Origin: Nitrospinales bacterium | Lineage (GTDB): Bacteria; Nitrospinota; Nitrospinia; Nitrospinales; JAJDAT01 | Assembly (NCBI GenBank): GCA_046757665.1 | Contig: JBHHYO010000055.1 | Coordinates: forward strand, 1 to 17,832 | Direction of reading: 5' to 3' | DNA: 17,832 bases | Part shown: piece after piece, positions 8,592 through 16,946 of the stretch | How positions within the stretch are numbered: position 1 is the stretch's first letter | How the letters are laid out: each line of letters begins with the position of its first letter | Position numbers and translations under genes: made by a program | Notes under the pieces: model-generated | Databases searched by the model: none | Told to the model about the DNA's origin: nothing | Seen by the model: only the letters and a program-made list of their open reading frames with translations

Positions 8592-10970
8592 ATGAGTTTT
8601 TTCGATTATTTGACTTATCAGTGGACGAAGGGGGAGAAGAACTGGCATATCCCCTACAACAACGCGCTCCAGGCGCTGAAGGATTTCCTCGGCGACAAGG
8701 GAACCAATACTGACCTGGGCGGCGGGCTGACTTCCGTACAGACCGAGGTGACGAACGCCCGGAGCGGCGCGGCGGATTTGCAAGCGCGCATTGATCCGAT
8801 TGCCAGTGAGCAGGTGGCGGCGCGCGGCACTACGGCAAACCTGTCAACGCGCCTGGCGCAGGTGATCAATCCGGATGGCACGCCGACCGCCGGGGCGTCG
8901 GTCGCCGTTGAATTCAAGGCTTCCGGCGACACGCCGGCTTTCGTTTCCTCGACCTCGTTTAAAATTCCGACGGACAAAACGGCGGTCTATGTCAAGAACC
9001 GCAAAGTCAAGTTGACGCTGAACGGTGGCGACGTGGTGGCCGCCATTGTTAGTTCATCATTCGCCAACCCGGATACCACGGTGGTCGTGGACGTGGCGGT
9101 GATCGACAACACCATTTCCGCCGTGGCCTATGGTATCGACACTCCGGCGTCGGCGCCGAAAAATCCGCAGGTTGATATCAACACGGACATGGCGTTCCGC
9201 CTCGCGGAGCAACAGTCCATAGATAATGGGCAAGCCTTGCTGATGGAGATCGCCTGGGCGGATTCGTTCCCGGTGGCCGACGGCATCGGCGCGGATGAGG
9301 CGGCATCCGTCGGATTCGCCTATGACATGGTGTCCAAGTTTTACAAGGGAATCGACGGCGGCGTGGGTTTCAATGTCGATTTTCCATTCACCACCGAATC
9401 CGATTACCTGCAAAAGGATTTTACAAACGCCAATCAATCTACGTCGCAGGCGACGTTTACCAACGCCAGCGCGACGGTCACCCTTTCCAGCGGCTCCTGG
9501 CCGACGAATGCGGCCAATATGCGAATCACGCCCGATGGCGGTACAACGTGGTTCGGTATTTTAAGCCGCGATTCGGCGACGCAGATTACTCTCGATACGA
9601 ATTTCACAGGCACCACCGGCCCGAAAGATTACATCATCCGGCCCACGGAGTTTGTGGGCGGCAAGGTGCGGTTGAATGAACGCGGCTCTGGCTTTACGGC
9701 GGATTTGACGAGTGGGAAAACGGCGACCAGCAATTTTTCAAGTGGTGTCGCCGCGGATGTTATCAACGACGTTACGAATACACTCGGTGTCTGGAACAAT
9801 CCCGGCAGTACAGGCCAATGGACGCTCGATTTTGGCGCGGGTGTAACGAAAATCATAACTCAATACACCATCATCGGATGGGATGCTAATACCGCCAGTG
9901 GATTCGCGCCGAAAGACTGGAAGTTGCAAGGTTCAAATGATGGAACAAATTTTACAGATATCGACACGCAAACCGGCGCGCCCGCCTGGACGGCCGACGA
10001 AAAGCGCACATACAATTCGTTCACAAACACTACCGGGTACAGGTATTACAGATTCGATATAACAGCCTCGCAAGGCGGATCAGCGCTGACATTGCACGAA
10101 ATCGAGTTGATGGAAAGTGAGGTTTTCAATCCTGTCAACGAGCCTGCGGTGGTCATTCCGGTGTTCAGTCAATTGAAGAACGCGGCGAGCGTAATCGATA
10201 TCAATTCATTTACAACCGCATCGGCCGCCAACCAGCAGTTTGTGAAACATGCGTTCATTTTTGGAACGAATGGAATGACCAGCTACAACAACACAAACAC
10301 GCTGGTTGCGGCGTTCAACTCGACCGGTGGTGTTTGGAAAAAGGTTGTCCGGTGGGATGGAGCCAAGTGGCAAAGAAACAGCGACACAACAAATACGAAC
10401 GCCGAGACATGGGTTGATTCAACCGGTGCGGGTGCGACGGATATTGTCCACGCAATTTCCGAGGCCATTGATCTCAACACGGCAGTCAGCATGACCGGTG
10501 GCGACGTGAATGGCATCACCGACGCGGAGTTTGAAATGTCGGGCGGATTTGTTCCCGGGACGCACACCTGGTTTGGTTTCGTAATGTATTTAAAATCCAT
10601 GAACAATATTCAAAATCCTGAGGTCAGTCTGGCGCGAGTCAATTGGGACACGGATCGGGCGGCGATGGATTTGCGCTCCAAAACATTCGATCCGGGCGCG
10701 GTGCCGGCGACGGCCTATGTCTGGGCGTTGCAGGAGTATTCGGCGGGCGACGGGCCGGGCGTGTTCCAGGTCAGCCGCGACGGCGGCGCAACCTGGACAA
10801 CCATCACGCTGGCCCAGCAGGGCAGTCCGATCAGCGGCAATATCCGGGTGATGCGCGGCACGCTGGATTTTACGACCGAACCGGCGGCGCAGGATTTGCG
10901 GGTGCGGTATCAAACCACACAGGGGCGGGATCAATTCCTGCACGCCTGGGGATTGCAGGCGCGGCAGTAA
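8592..10970 (+). CDS. tail fibre / receptor-binding protein with discoidin (F5/8 type C-like) domain, 792 aa
   Basis: N-terminal EVTNAR...L..R repeats typical of fibre anchors, Thr/Gly/Ser-rich beta modules, APKDWKLQGSNDGTNFTDID...YRYYRFDIT...EIEL discoidin signature, SRDGGATW Asp-box. RBS GGAGG at 8581 supports ATG 8592. Confidence 0.8.
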   Translation: MSFFDYLTYQWTKGEKNWHIPYNNALQALKDFLGDKGTNTDLGGGLTSVQTEVTNARSGAADLQARIDPIASEQVAARGTTANLSTRLAQVINPDGTPTAGASVAVEFKASGDTPAFVSSTSFKIPTDKTAVYVKNRKVKLTLNGGDVVAAIVSSSFANPDTTVVVDVAVIDNTISAVAYGIDTPASAPKNPQVDINTDMAFRLAEQQSIDNGQALLMEIAWADSFPVADGIGADEAASVGFAYDMVSKFYKGIDGGVGFNVDFPFTTESDYLQKDFTNANQSTSQATFTNASATVTLSSGSWPTNAANMRITPDGGTTWFGILSRDSATQITLDTNFTGTTGPKDYIIRPTEFVGGKVRLNERGSGFTADLTSGKTATSNFSSGVAADVINDVTNTLGVWNNPGSTGQWTLDFGAGVTKIITQYTIIGWDANTASGFAPKDWKLQGSNDGTNFTDIDTQTGAPAWTADEKRTYNSFTNTTGYRYYRFDITASQGGSALTLHEIELMESEVFNPVNEPAVVIPVFSQLKNAASVIDINSFTTASAANQQFVKHAFIFGTNGMTSYNNTNTLVAAFNSTGGVWKKVVRWDGAKWQRNSDTTNTNAETWVDSTGAGATDIVHAISEAIDLNTAVSMTGGDVNGITDAEFEMSGGFVPGTHTWFGFVMYLKSMNNIQNPEVSLARVNWDTDRAAMDLRSKTFDPGAVPATAYVWALQEYSAGDGPGVFQVSRDGGATWTTITLAQQGSPISGNIRVMRGTLDFTTEPAAQDLRVRYQTTQGRDQFLHAWGLQARQ

Positions 10971-10977
10971 ATCAAAT

Positions 10978-11075
10978 GTCATCGCGAGCCGCCACCGGCG
11001 GCGTGGCGATCCAGTCGGGCCGCGCCCGGTGGGAACTTTCTGGATTGCTTCGTCGGCTGAGCCTCCTGCAATGAC
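10978..11075. repeat. REP-like palindromic element of the GTCATTGCGAG...CTCGCAATGAC type
   Basis: Terminal inverted repeats GTCATCGC / GCAATGAC, inner inverted repeats GCGATCCAG (11006-11014) / CTGGATTGC (11040-11048), plus three small internal hairpins. Confidence 0.75.
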
Positions 11076-11092
11076 GATCATAGGGAGATTTT

Positions 11093-11335
11093 ATGAGCCA
11101 GATAACCGAATTCAAACACAATAAAGAACGCAACCGTAAGGAGCGCGAAAAAAAGGACAAGGAGGAACGGTTCCGGCGGAAGTTCCCCGGCAAGGCGGCG
11201 GTGGAGGCGCGGATCGCGTCGGCCATTGATTCCGCGAAAAACCTGTCGGGCTTGAAAACCGTCATCAAGCAGGTCCTGAACGGCGACAAGGACACGCCGG
11301 GAATTATCGACGCGCTGTTTGAACTGGACAGGTAA
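11093..11335 (+). CDS. hypothetical protein, 80 aa (highly charged, helical)
   Basis: RBS GGGAG at 11083-11087. Fills the gap between fibre and portal on the same strand. Confidence 0.7.
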   Translation: MSQITEFKHNKERNRKEREKKDKEERFRRKFPGKAAVEARIASAIDSAKNLSGLKTVIKQVLNGDKDTPGIIDALFELDR

Positions 11336-11362
11336 AAGCATGTTTTCTTACTGGAGAAAATT

Positions 11363-12898
11363 ATGGCAGATCAAGAAATACAACTTCCTTATTTTTTAAC
11401 GAAACACGCCAAGTACGACGAAATTGTCGACAAGCAAAACCTGTTTATCGACATGGTGACCGGTGAAGGAGGATTCGCCGACGGGTCCATATTGGAGCGT
11501 TACGAGAACGAGCGCGACGACACTTATGAAGACCGCCGCAAACTGGCGGTTTACCGTTACTATCCGGCGACGTTCCGCAAAATTTACGTGTCCTATCTGC
11601 ACAAGAAAAACCCGACGCGCCGGCTGTCCTCCCATGCCCGTAAGCAGGACGTGTTTGCGCGCATCATGGACTGGTTCGACAACGGTACAGTGGATTTGGC
11701 CGGAAGAAAGATGAATCAGTTCATGAAGCGCATAGCTTCCAAAACATATGTCCGCGGCAAATACCTGATCGGCGTGGATATGCCGAGGGGAGCCGCCGAC
11801 AACCTGGAAGAGATGGAACGCAAAAAACTGTTCCCCTACCTTACGGCCTATTGCCCGTCCACGGTATGGAACTGGGAGAAAGATCATCTGGGAAAATACA
11901 ACTGGATAACCCTGCGCCTGGAGAAAACAGGATTTGATATGGAAACGGGGCCTCCCGATGAACCGGAATACCAATACGTCGTGTGGACTTCTGATGAATG
12001 GTTCGAGTATGAAATCGACAAGACGGGCTACCGTCTGGTTGACCGGGCCGTGCACAATTTGGGAAAAGTGCCTTTCGTTGATTTTATGTTCGAAGAACAC
12101 GAAAACGACTCTGACAAGGGTTTGAGTCTCCTGAAACCCATTGAGGGGACCATCCGGGCGATTTACCGGCTGTTGAGCGATGCCGGGATGGCGGTCAAGT
12201 TTTACGTTTTTCCCCTGCTGTGCCTGCCTTCCGGGCAGGGCGGCGTGGAGGTGGAGCTGGGTCCGAAAAACGTGCTCTTCTACAACGCCGAAATGGGCGG
12301 CAAACCTTTTACCCTGGTGTTTGACCTGGAAGGCTTGCGGCAGATCGACGAGGAACTTCGCCATCACATTCGTTATATGTACAACGCGCTGAGCCTGATT
12401 TCCGAAAATCAAACCGCGGTCCGCGAAGCCGCCGATACGTTGAAGGAAAAGCGCGCTGACATTAAAAATATCCTCGCCGAACACGCCGATCAGGAAGAGC
12501 AGACGGAATTTAAAATCCTCGAAATCGTCCTGCGCTGGTTGTTCCGGGTCCGCGGCGAGGATGGTGTGCCGCGCGTCGATGAAGACAAGGTGGAGCAATT
12601 CCTCGATGCGGTTTCCATCGACTACCCCGACGAGTTCGATGTCAAGTCGTTTGAGGACCAATTCAATGAAGGGTTCCTGTTGATCAACGGCATCGATTCG
12701 CCGGTTCTTGCCGGGGAAATCGAGGAGCGGCTGGTGCGCAAGTATTTCCCCAATTTGTCCAATGACAAAATGGAGGAGATCGTTCAGGAAATCCGGGAGA
12801 ACATTAAGCGCAAACTCGTCAACCCGCAACCCGGCGCGCGAAGTTCGTCCGAAGCCCCCCGGGTACGCGGCGAACTTCACCCGGTACGGGAGACCTGA
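11363..12898 (+). CDS. phage portal protein (SPP1 gp6 / DUF4055-like)
   Basis: LERYENE..DTYEDR...A.Y N-terminal motif, PYLTAY.P..V.NW, HNLGKVPFV and IDYPDEFDV. Typical size of 511 aa, RBS GGAG. Confidence 0.85.
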   Translation: MADQEIQLPYFLTKHAKYDEIVDKQNLFIDMVTGEGGFADGSILERYENERDDTYEDRRKLAVYRYYPATFRKIYVSYLHKKNPTRRLSSHARKQDVFARIMDWFDNGTVDLAGRKMNQFMKRIASKTYVRGKYLIGVDMPRGAADNLEEMERKKLFPYLTAYCPSTVWNWEKDHLGKYNWITLRLEKTGFDMETGPPDEPEYQYVVWTSDEWFEYEIDKTGYRLVDRAVHNLGKVPFVDFMFEEHENDSDKGLSLLKPIEGTIRAIYRLLSDAGMAVKFYVFPLLCLPSGQGGVEVELGPKNVLFYNAEMGGKPFTLVFDLEGLRQIDEELRHHIRYMYNALSLISENQTAVREAADTLKEKRADIKNILAEHADQEEQTEFKILEIVLRWLFRVRGEDGVPRVDEDKVEQFLDAVSIDYPDEFDVKSFEDQFNEGFLLINGIDSPVLAGEIEERLVRKYFPNLSNDKMEEIVQEIRENIKRKLVNPQPGARSSSEAPRVRGELHPVRET

Positions 12899-12901
12899 GC
12901 C

Positions 12902-13348
12902 ATGCACGCGCCCATTGTGTTTGATTGTTCCGAGACGTTGACGCGGTGTTTCTGGTCGGCGGTGCTGGCTTTTGCGCTTCACCTGATTCGAGCGCATTCC
13001 GACCCGCTGTACTGGCTTGTGCTGGGTCTTTACAGTTTGGATTTCCTGTTTGGGCTGAGTCTCGCCGTTGTCCGGGAGCGGTTTTGCCCCGACAAGTTCA
13101 AGGCCGGGCTCAAAAAGTTCCTGGGGTATCTTTTGCTGATCCTGCCTCTGCTTTTGACGGATCATTTTCTGGCGGGAAACCGGCAGGAAGCGGTTTATGG
13201 TTATTTCAAAAACTGGTGCCTGTTGTATATGAGCATGATCGAGCTGGTTTCCATTGGTATGCACTTGCGGGAGATGGGGGTTCCCATTCCTTCTTTGGCG
13301 GATTTGAAGAAGTTTCGCGGCCTGTTGCGGGAAAACCTTCGCCGCTAA
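12902..13348 (+). CDS. phage holin (Phage_holin_4 / phi29-type family)
   Basis: Three to four hydrophobic segments with D..FG, G.KK and E..SI...L..MGVPIP motifs and a basic C-terminus. Confidence 0.75.
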   Translation: MHAPIVFDCSETLTRCFWSAVLAFALHLIRAHSDPLYWLVLGLYSLDFLFGLSLAVVRERFCPDKFKAGLKKFLGYLLLILPLLLTDHFLAGNRQEAVYGYFKNWCLLYMSMIELVSIGMHLREMGVPIPSLADLKKFRGLLRENLRR

Positions 13349-13407
13349 TCACGAGCAAAATTTATAAAACAGGCAACGGCGCCTGGGCGCTTTGCCTTTA
13401 TCAACCG

Positions 13408-13442
13408 ATATCCGGAGCCGGACGGCTACCGGATATTTTTTT
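13408..13442 (+). terminator. intrinsic-terminator-like hairpin directly before the scaffold RBS
   Basis: ATATCCGG-AGCC-ggac-GGCT-a-CCGGATAT with a T7 run (13436-13442), then GGAGGAG at 13443-13449. Confidence 0.6.
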
Positions 13443-13455
13443 GGAGGAGTACGGC

Positions 13456-14238
13456 ATGACCGAACGATTGGAAAGCTCTGGAGAGAGCGCTTCGACCCCG
13501 GGACCGGGGGCCGACTCAAACCTGATTTCACGCGACGAATTTCACAAGGTGGTATCGCAACGTGACCGGATAAAGGAAGAACTGCGCGCCATCCGCGGTT
13601 TGCTTGAGGAAGCCGATCAGACTAACCGGCAACTTCATTCCCAGCTCGAAGAGGAGATGCAGAATAAAAATCTCACCGAAAAGCAGAGCCGGGAACTGGA
13701 GATCAAGCTTCAGCAATTCGAGAACAAACATCTTGTGGAGAAGGAGCAACTGGAAGAGAAGTTCCGGGCGGCGCAGGAAAAGTTAAAGGAGACCGAGGGC
13801 GAGCTTTCGGGTTTTCAACGGGAAAAAATGCTGGCCCAGCAGGAGCGCGCGTTTATGCAAGCGGCGCGGCGGGCTTCCTATTCCCATGAAAACGCCGAGA
13901 CGCTTCTTGGTTATCTTCGCGGCCAGGGCCGGTTGCGGTCGGTTCCCATCAGTGGCGACGGCGCTCCGGAGGGAGCCTGCCAGCATGAGGTGGAATGCGA
14001 GGTGCCGCGAAAGGATGGGTCCGGTTACGAAAAACAGATGTTGCCGTTCGATGAAGCTCTGCCGTATCTCAAGCAGGAAAAGAAAAATCTGGCGCCCGCC
14101 ATGGCTTCGGGCGGCGGCCGCGGCTCCAGGGGATCCGACGGCCCCGTCCGCCCGGGCGTCCTGAATCGCAAAACATTGACGCTGGAGCAGTACAAGGCCG
14201 GACGCAACCCCGTGACCGGCCAGGTCCTGGTCCAATAA
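13456..14238 (+). CDS. putative capsid scaffolding protein, 260 aa
   Basis: Long E/K/Q-rich coiled coil and a Gly/Ser-rich tail (ASGGGRGSRG) directly upstream of the coat gene. Strong RBS GGAGGAG before ATG 13456. Confidence 0.75.
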   Translation: MTERLESSGESASTPGPGADSNLISRDEFHKVVSQRDRIKEELRAIRGLLEEADQTNRQLHSQLEEEMQNKNLTEKQSRELEIKLQQFENKHLVEKEQLEEKFRAAQEKLKETEGELSGFQREKMLAQQERAFMQAARRASYSHENAETLLGYLRGQGRLRSVPISGDGAPEGACQHEVECEVPRKDGSGYEKQMLPFDEALPYLKQEKKNLAPAMASGGGRGSRGSDGPVRPGVLNRKTLTLEQYKAGRNPVTGQVLVQ

Positions 14239-14263
14239 CGTCTTTAACGAAGGAGATTTTGAA

Positions 14264-15145
14264 ATGGCAAATGTCTTAGGTCCCATGGACCCTGAATTTT
14301 GGGCGATGGAAAGTTTGATCGCCCTGGAAAACAATCTGGTGATGGCCAATCTGGTGCATCGCGATTTTGAAAACATGGTCGCCCAGAAGGGCGACACCGT
14401 CAACACCCGCCAGCCGCAAACCTTTGTCGCCAACGACATGGGGGCAACGGTCACCATCCAGGATTTGGCTCCCACCAACGTTCAAATCGTTTTGAACCGG
14501 TGGAAAGAGGTCACCTTTGTCCTTGGCGACAAGGAGCAGGCGTTTTCGGTGAACAACCTGGTGGAGGAATACATTCAGCCCGCCATGTACGCTCTGGCGG
14601 ATCAAATCGACCGCGACTTGTGCGCGTTATACACCGACCTGACCACCTCCGTGGGCACGGCGGGCGTCGATTTGGTCGCAAACACCGTGGTGGATGCGCG
14701 CAAGGCGCTGAATGGACAAAAAGCTCCCGTCGACCGCCGCAACCTCGTTCTCAGTTCCAAGGACGAGGCGGCACTTCTAAAGGAAGACAAGTTCACTTCC
14801 GCCGAACGGATCGGCGACGACGGCACGGCGCTGAAGGAAGCCTCGCTGGGGCGGCGCTACGGACTCGGTTTGTTCATGGACCAGAACATCGTGTCCGCGG
14901 GCTCGGCCCCCGTGACGACTTACAACATGGCCTTTCATCGAAACGCCTTTGCCCTGGTCATGCGTCCGCTGAATCGCAACAGCAGTTTTCCCGGTGCGCA
15001 GGTGTCGGTGGTGGATTACAAGGGCCTCGGCCTGCGTTCCGCCGTCTGGTATGAAGGCAAGGAAAAGGCGGTCTATGTGTCCATCGACGCGCTCTATGGC
15101 GTCAAGACGCTGAACCCGAGCCTGGGCGTTCAGGTTCTGGGTTGA
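14264..15145 (+). CDS. major capsid protein, P22 coat (gp5)-like family, 293 aa
   Basis: MAN...E.L..LENNLVMANLVHRDF....KGDTV..R.P, YIQPAM.ALADQID, LG.RYG...MDQN, AFHRNAFALV.RPL and D.LYGVKTL.P motifs. RBS AAGGAG. Confidence 0.9.
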   Translation: MANVLGPMDPEFWAMESLIALENNLVMANLVHRDFENMVAQKGDTVNTRQPQTFVANDMGATVTIQDLAPTNVQIVLNRWKEVTFVLGDKEQAFSVNNLVEEYIQPAMYALADQIDRDLCALYTDLTTSVGTAGVDLVANTVVDARKALNGQKAPVDRRNLVLSSKDEAALLKEDKFTSAERIGDDGTALKEASLGRRYGLGLFMDQNIVSAGSAPVTTYNMAFHRNAFALVMRPLNRNSSFPGAQVSVVDYKGLGLRSAVWYEGKEKAVYVSIDALYGVKTLNPSLGVQVLG

Positions 15146-15152
15146 TCGGCAA

Positions 15153-15184
15153 ACGGCGGTCGGCGCCGGCAAGCCGGCCGCCGT
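15153..15184 (+). other. strong GC hairpin after the coat gene (mRNA stabiliser or weak terminator)
   Basis: ACGGCGGTCGGC / GCCGGCCGCCGT 12-bp stem with one G-U pair and an 8-nt loop, followed by a pyrimidine tract but no clean U run. Confidence 0.55.
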
Positions 15185-15217
15185 CCCCCTTCCCTCTTTA
15201 CTTTGGAAAGGAAAGCA

Positions 15218-15391
15218 ATGAATCGAATCAAGTCAGGAATCAAAACAACCGAATTTTGGACCACGGTGGTTGCCGGGGTGATCATGGTGTTCAATCAGGG
15301 ACTCGGCATCCAACTGCCCTCGGAGCAGATCATGTCGCTTGCGGGCGTCGTGATCGCCTACATTCTGGGAAGATCGATCGTTAAAAAATAA
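15218..15391 (+). CDS. small two-TM membrane protein, putative holin, 57 aa
   Basis: GIKTTEFW...two hydrophobic helices...YILGRSIVKK. Purine-rich RBS before ATG 15218. Confidence 0.65.
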   Translation: MNRIKSGIKTTEFWTTVVAGVIMVFNQGLGIQLPSEQIMSLAGVVIAYILGRSIVKK

Positions 15392-15405
15392 AGGAGCATT
15401 TTGAA

Positions 15406-15567
15406 ATGAAAACAAAACTTTTACTGGGTTTTTTGCTGGCGTTTGCCGTGACCGCCTGTAGCGCGGCCATTCAAGGGGTCAAGGTGAAAAAGGGAGAAAA
15501 AACATACGAGTTGGAAAAAGGAAACCTCGACCTCGGCAAAAAGAAAACGTCCGGGCCGAATTCCTGA
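15406..15567 (+). CDS. small lipoprotein, 53 aa (not in ORF track)
   Basis: MKTKLLLGFLLAFAVTA-C-SAAIQGVKVKKGEKTYELEKGNLDLGKKKTSGPNS with lipobox VTAC (Cys18). RBS AAGGAG at 15391-15396, stop TGA at 15565-15567. Confidence 0.75.
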   Translation: MKTKLLLGFLLAFAVTACSAAIQGVKVKKGEKTYELEKGNLDLGKKKTSGPNS

Positions 15568-15589
15568 TTCCTTTTGTGGCGCACACATT

Positions 15590-15799
15590 ATGAAAGTAAA
15601 AAATCAAGGTGGAATGGTTCTGCATGTTCCGGATGACTGGAGCGCCGAGGTTCTGCGGGAAAAGTCCCTGACCGCGCTTGCGAATTATGAGGACATGTCT
15701 TTGCAAGAGCTGAAGGCCCTGGCGCGCCGACGCAAAATTCGGATCGGCCGCTCCGGGAAAAAGAGACTCGCACAATTGCTCATGGAATCCGACGCCTGA
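15590..15799 (+). CDS. small protein with Rho-N/HeH-like helical module, 69 aa
   Basis: YEDMSLQELKALARRRKI...KKRLAQLL pattern. Such small genes commonly follow phage capsid genes. Confidence 0.6.
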   Translation: MKVKNQGGMVLHVPDDWSAEVLREKSLTALANYEDMSLQELKALARRRKIRIGRSGKKRLAQLLMESDA

Positions 15800-15882
15800 C
15801 ATCCCCGGAATCCTGTCCAAAACGCCCTTCCGCTCACCAGGGGAAAACCATTCCTTGCCAACCCATTTTTTCGGAGGCCTAC

Positions 15883-16332
15883 ATGACACGACTAATTTCC
15901 GCAACACGAAAAATAGCGGTGACCGACACCGACGGCAACCGGTATTCCATAATTTTTAAACTGCCCTCGCAGTCCAGGGTGCGCGCCATCCGCAAGGCCA
16001 GCCTCGGCCCCGACGGCAATCTCGACGGCGCCGGTTTCGCCGACAAAATGACCCGGGAAACGGTGGAACTTCTTTTGGAAGTGGAGGGCGCGCAAGCGGC
16101 CTTCGACGAAAACCCGGAACACGAAATGACGGTTTGCTCCGCCATGACGCAAGAGGAGATTCAAGGCGTGAAGGATTTTTATCGGCAAAACAACCTGGAA
16201 TATTATCCGGACGCGCCGGGCTGGAAGGCCGTGTTCATCACCCTGTTTGCCGATGTGTTTGAACGCGCCACCCTGGACCTGTGGAAAGGCAATTCGCAAA
16301 ACCGGCTGAACGAGGTGGGCGTGGGAAAGTGA
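15883..16332 (+). CDS. tail assembly chaperone (lambda gpG analogue), 149 aa
   Basis: RBS GGAGG, lies upstream of the tape-measure-like gene, and ends in the slippery heptamer G GGA AAG before TGA. Confidence 0.75.
   Translation: MTRLISATRKIAVTDTDGNRYSIIFKLPSQSRVRAIRKASLGPDGNLDGAGFADKMTRETVELLLEVEGAQAAFDENPEHEMTVCSAMTQEEIQGVKDFYRQNNLEYYPDAPGWKAVFITLFADVFERATLDLWKGNSQNRLNEVGVGK
16323..16329 (+). other. programmed -1 ribosomal frameshift site GGGAAAG
   Basis: In-frame G GGA AAG, identical to the lambda G/T slippery site. The -1 frame is open to TAG at 16697. Confidence 0.8.
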
Positions 16333-16697
16333 AGCGCGACATCCGCGCTCTCCTGGACGCACGGGTCTGTCGCATCGAACGGACCGCCTGTCCCATTCTC
16401 CTCGAAACCCGGCGGAAGTGGTGGGACCGGGCCTGCGCGGAATGCGAAATGACCCGCGCCGAGCAACTCCCGGAAATCGGCCCGTGGACCCTGCATGTCC
16501 TGCAACTGAAATTCGAGCTGGACGAATGTCGGATTCCCTACGGCGTCGATGACCTCTCGCCGGATGAATGGCATTACCTGGGGATTGTGTCGCGGGAAAT
16601 CAAAATTATCGAGTCCGAGCAAAGGCAAAAAGATGAAAGAATAAAGAGACAACTCCATCATCCTTCAACGAGGCCGGCCGAGCTTTCCATGCTTTAG
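16329..16697 (+). CDS. tail assembly chaperone C-terminal part (gpT analogue), expressed as a ~271 aa frameshift fusion or from GTG 16329
   Basis: -1 frame relative to 15883..16332 with a Cys-rich start (CRIERTAC...CAEC) followed by PEIGPW. Confidence 0.7.
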   Translation: MKRDIRALLDARVCRIERTACPILLETRRKWWDRACAECEMTRAEQLPEIGPWTLHVLQLKFELDECRIPYGVDDLSPDEWHYLGIVSREIKIIESEQRQKDERIKRQLHHPSTRPAELSML

Positions 16698-16713
16698 TAT
16701 ATTGTGCTAAAAT
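16685..16713 (+). promoter_or_regulatory. candidate sigma70 promoter for the inserted mini-gene
   Basis: TTCCAT (16685-16690), 17 nt spacer, TAAAAT (16708-16713) with extended TG at 16705-16706. Confidence 0.5.
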
Positions 16714-16763
16714 GAGAGTTCCGAATACCAAATTAATGGGGGCAGGCAAAAAAGGAGGATATC

Positions 16764-16946
16764 ATGAAAAAGTGGATGCTCGTGGTAGCGCTGGTGATTG
16801 GCATTTTGATCGGCTCGTTAGTCGGCAACCCCTTCAAGGGAGAGGCTGGGATTTTTAGTGAAATTGAGTTTGTAGGTCAAAGAAATTTATGTTTTGTGGT
16901 TTTTAGAGATTCGATTACCTTCGTGCAGAAAGGAAGATGTCCTTAA
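16764..16946 (+). CDS. small secreted/membrane protein, 60 aa (moron-like)
   Basis: Strong RBS AGGAGG, MKK plus hydrophobic signal-like helix, two Cys, AT-rich sequence. Confidence 0.65.
   Translation: MKKWMLVVALVIGILIGSLVGNPFKGEAGIFSEIEFVGQRNLCFVVFRDSITFVQKGRCP

Noticed and set aside
11396-13264. 622-aa minus-strand ORF
   Set aside because: Antisense shadow of the portal and holin genes with no recognisable motifs. Such shadows are common opposite genes with biased codon usage.
12925-13455. 177-aa N-terminal extension of the scaffold ORF
   Set aside because: Overlaps the holin in another frame and crosses the hairpin region. The strong RBS points to ATG 13456.
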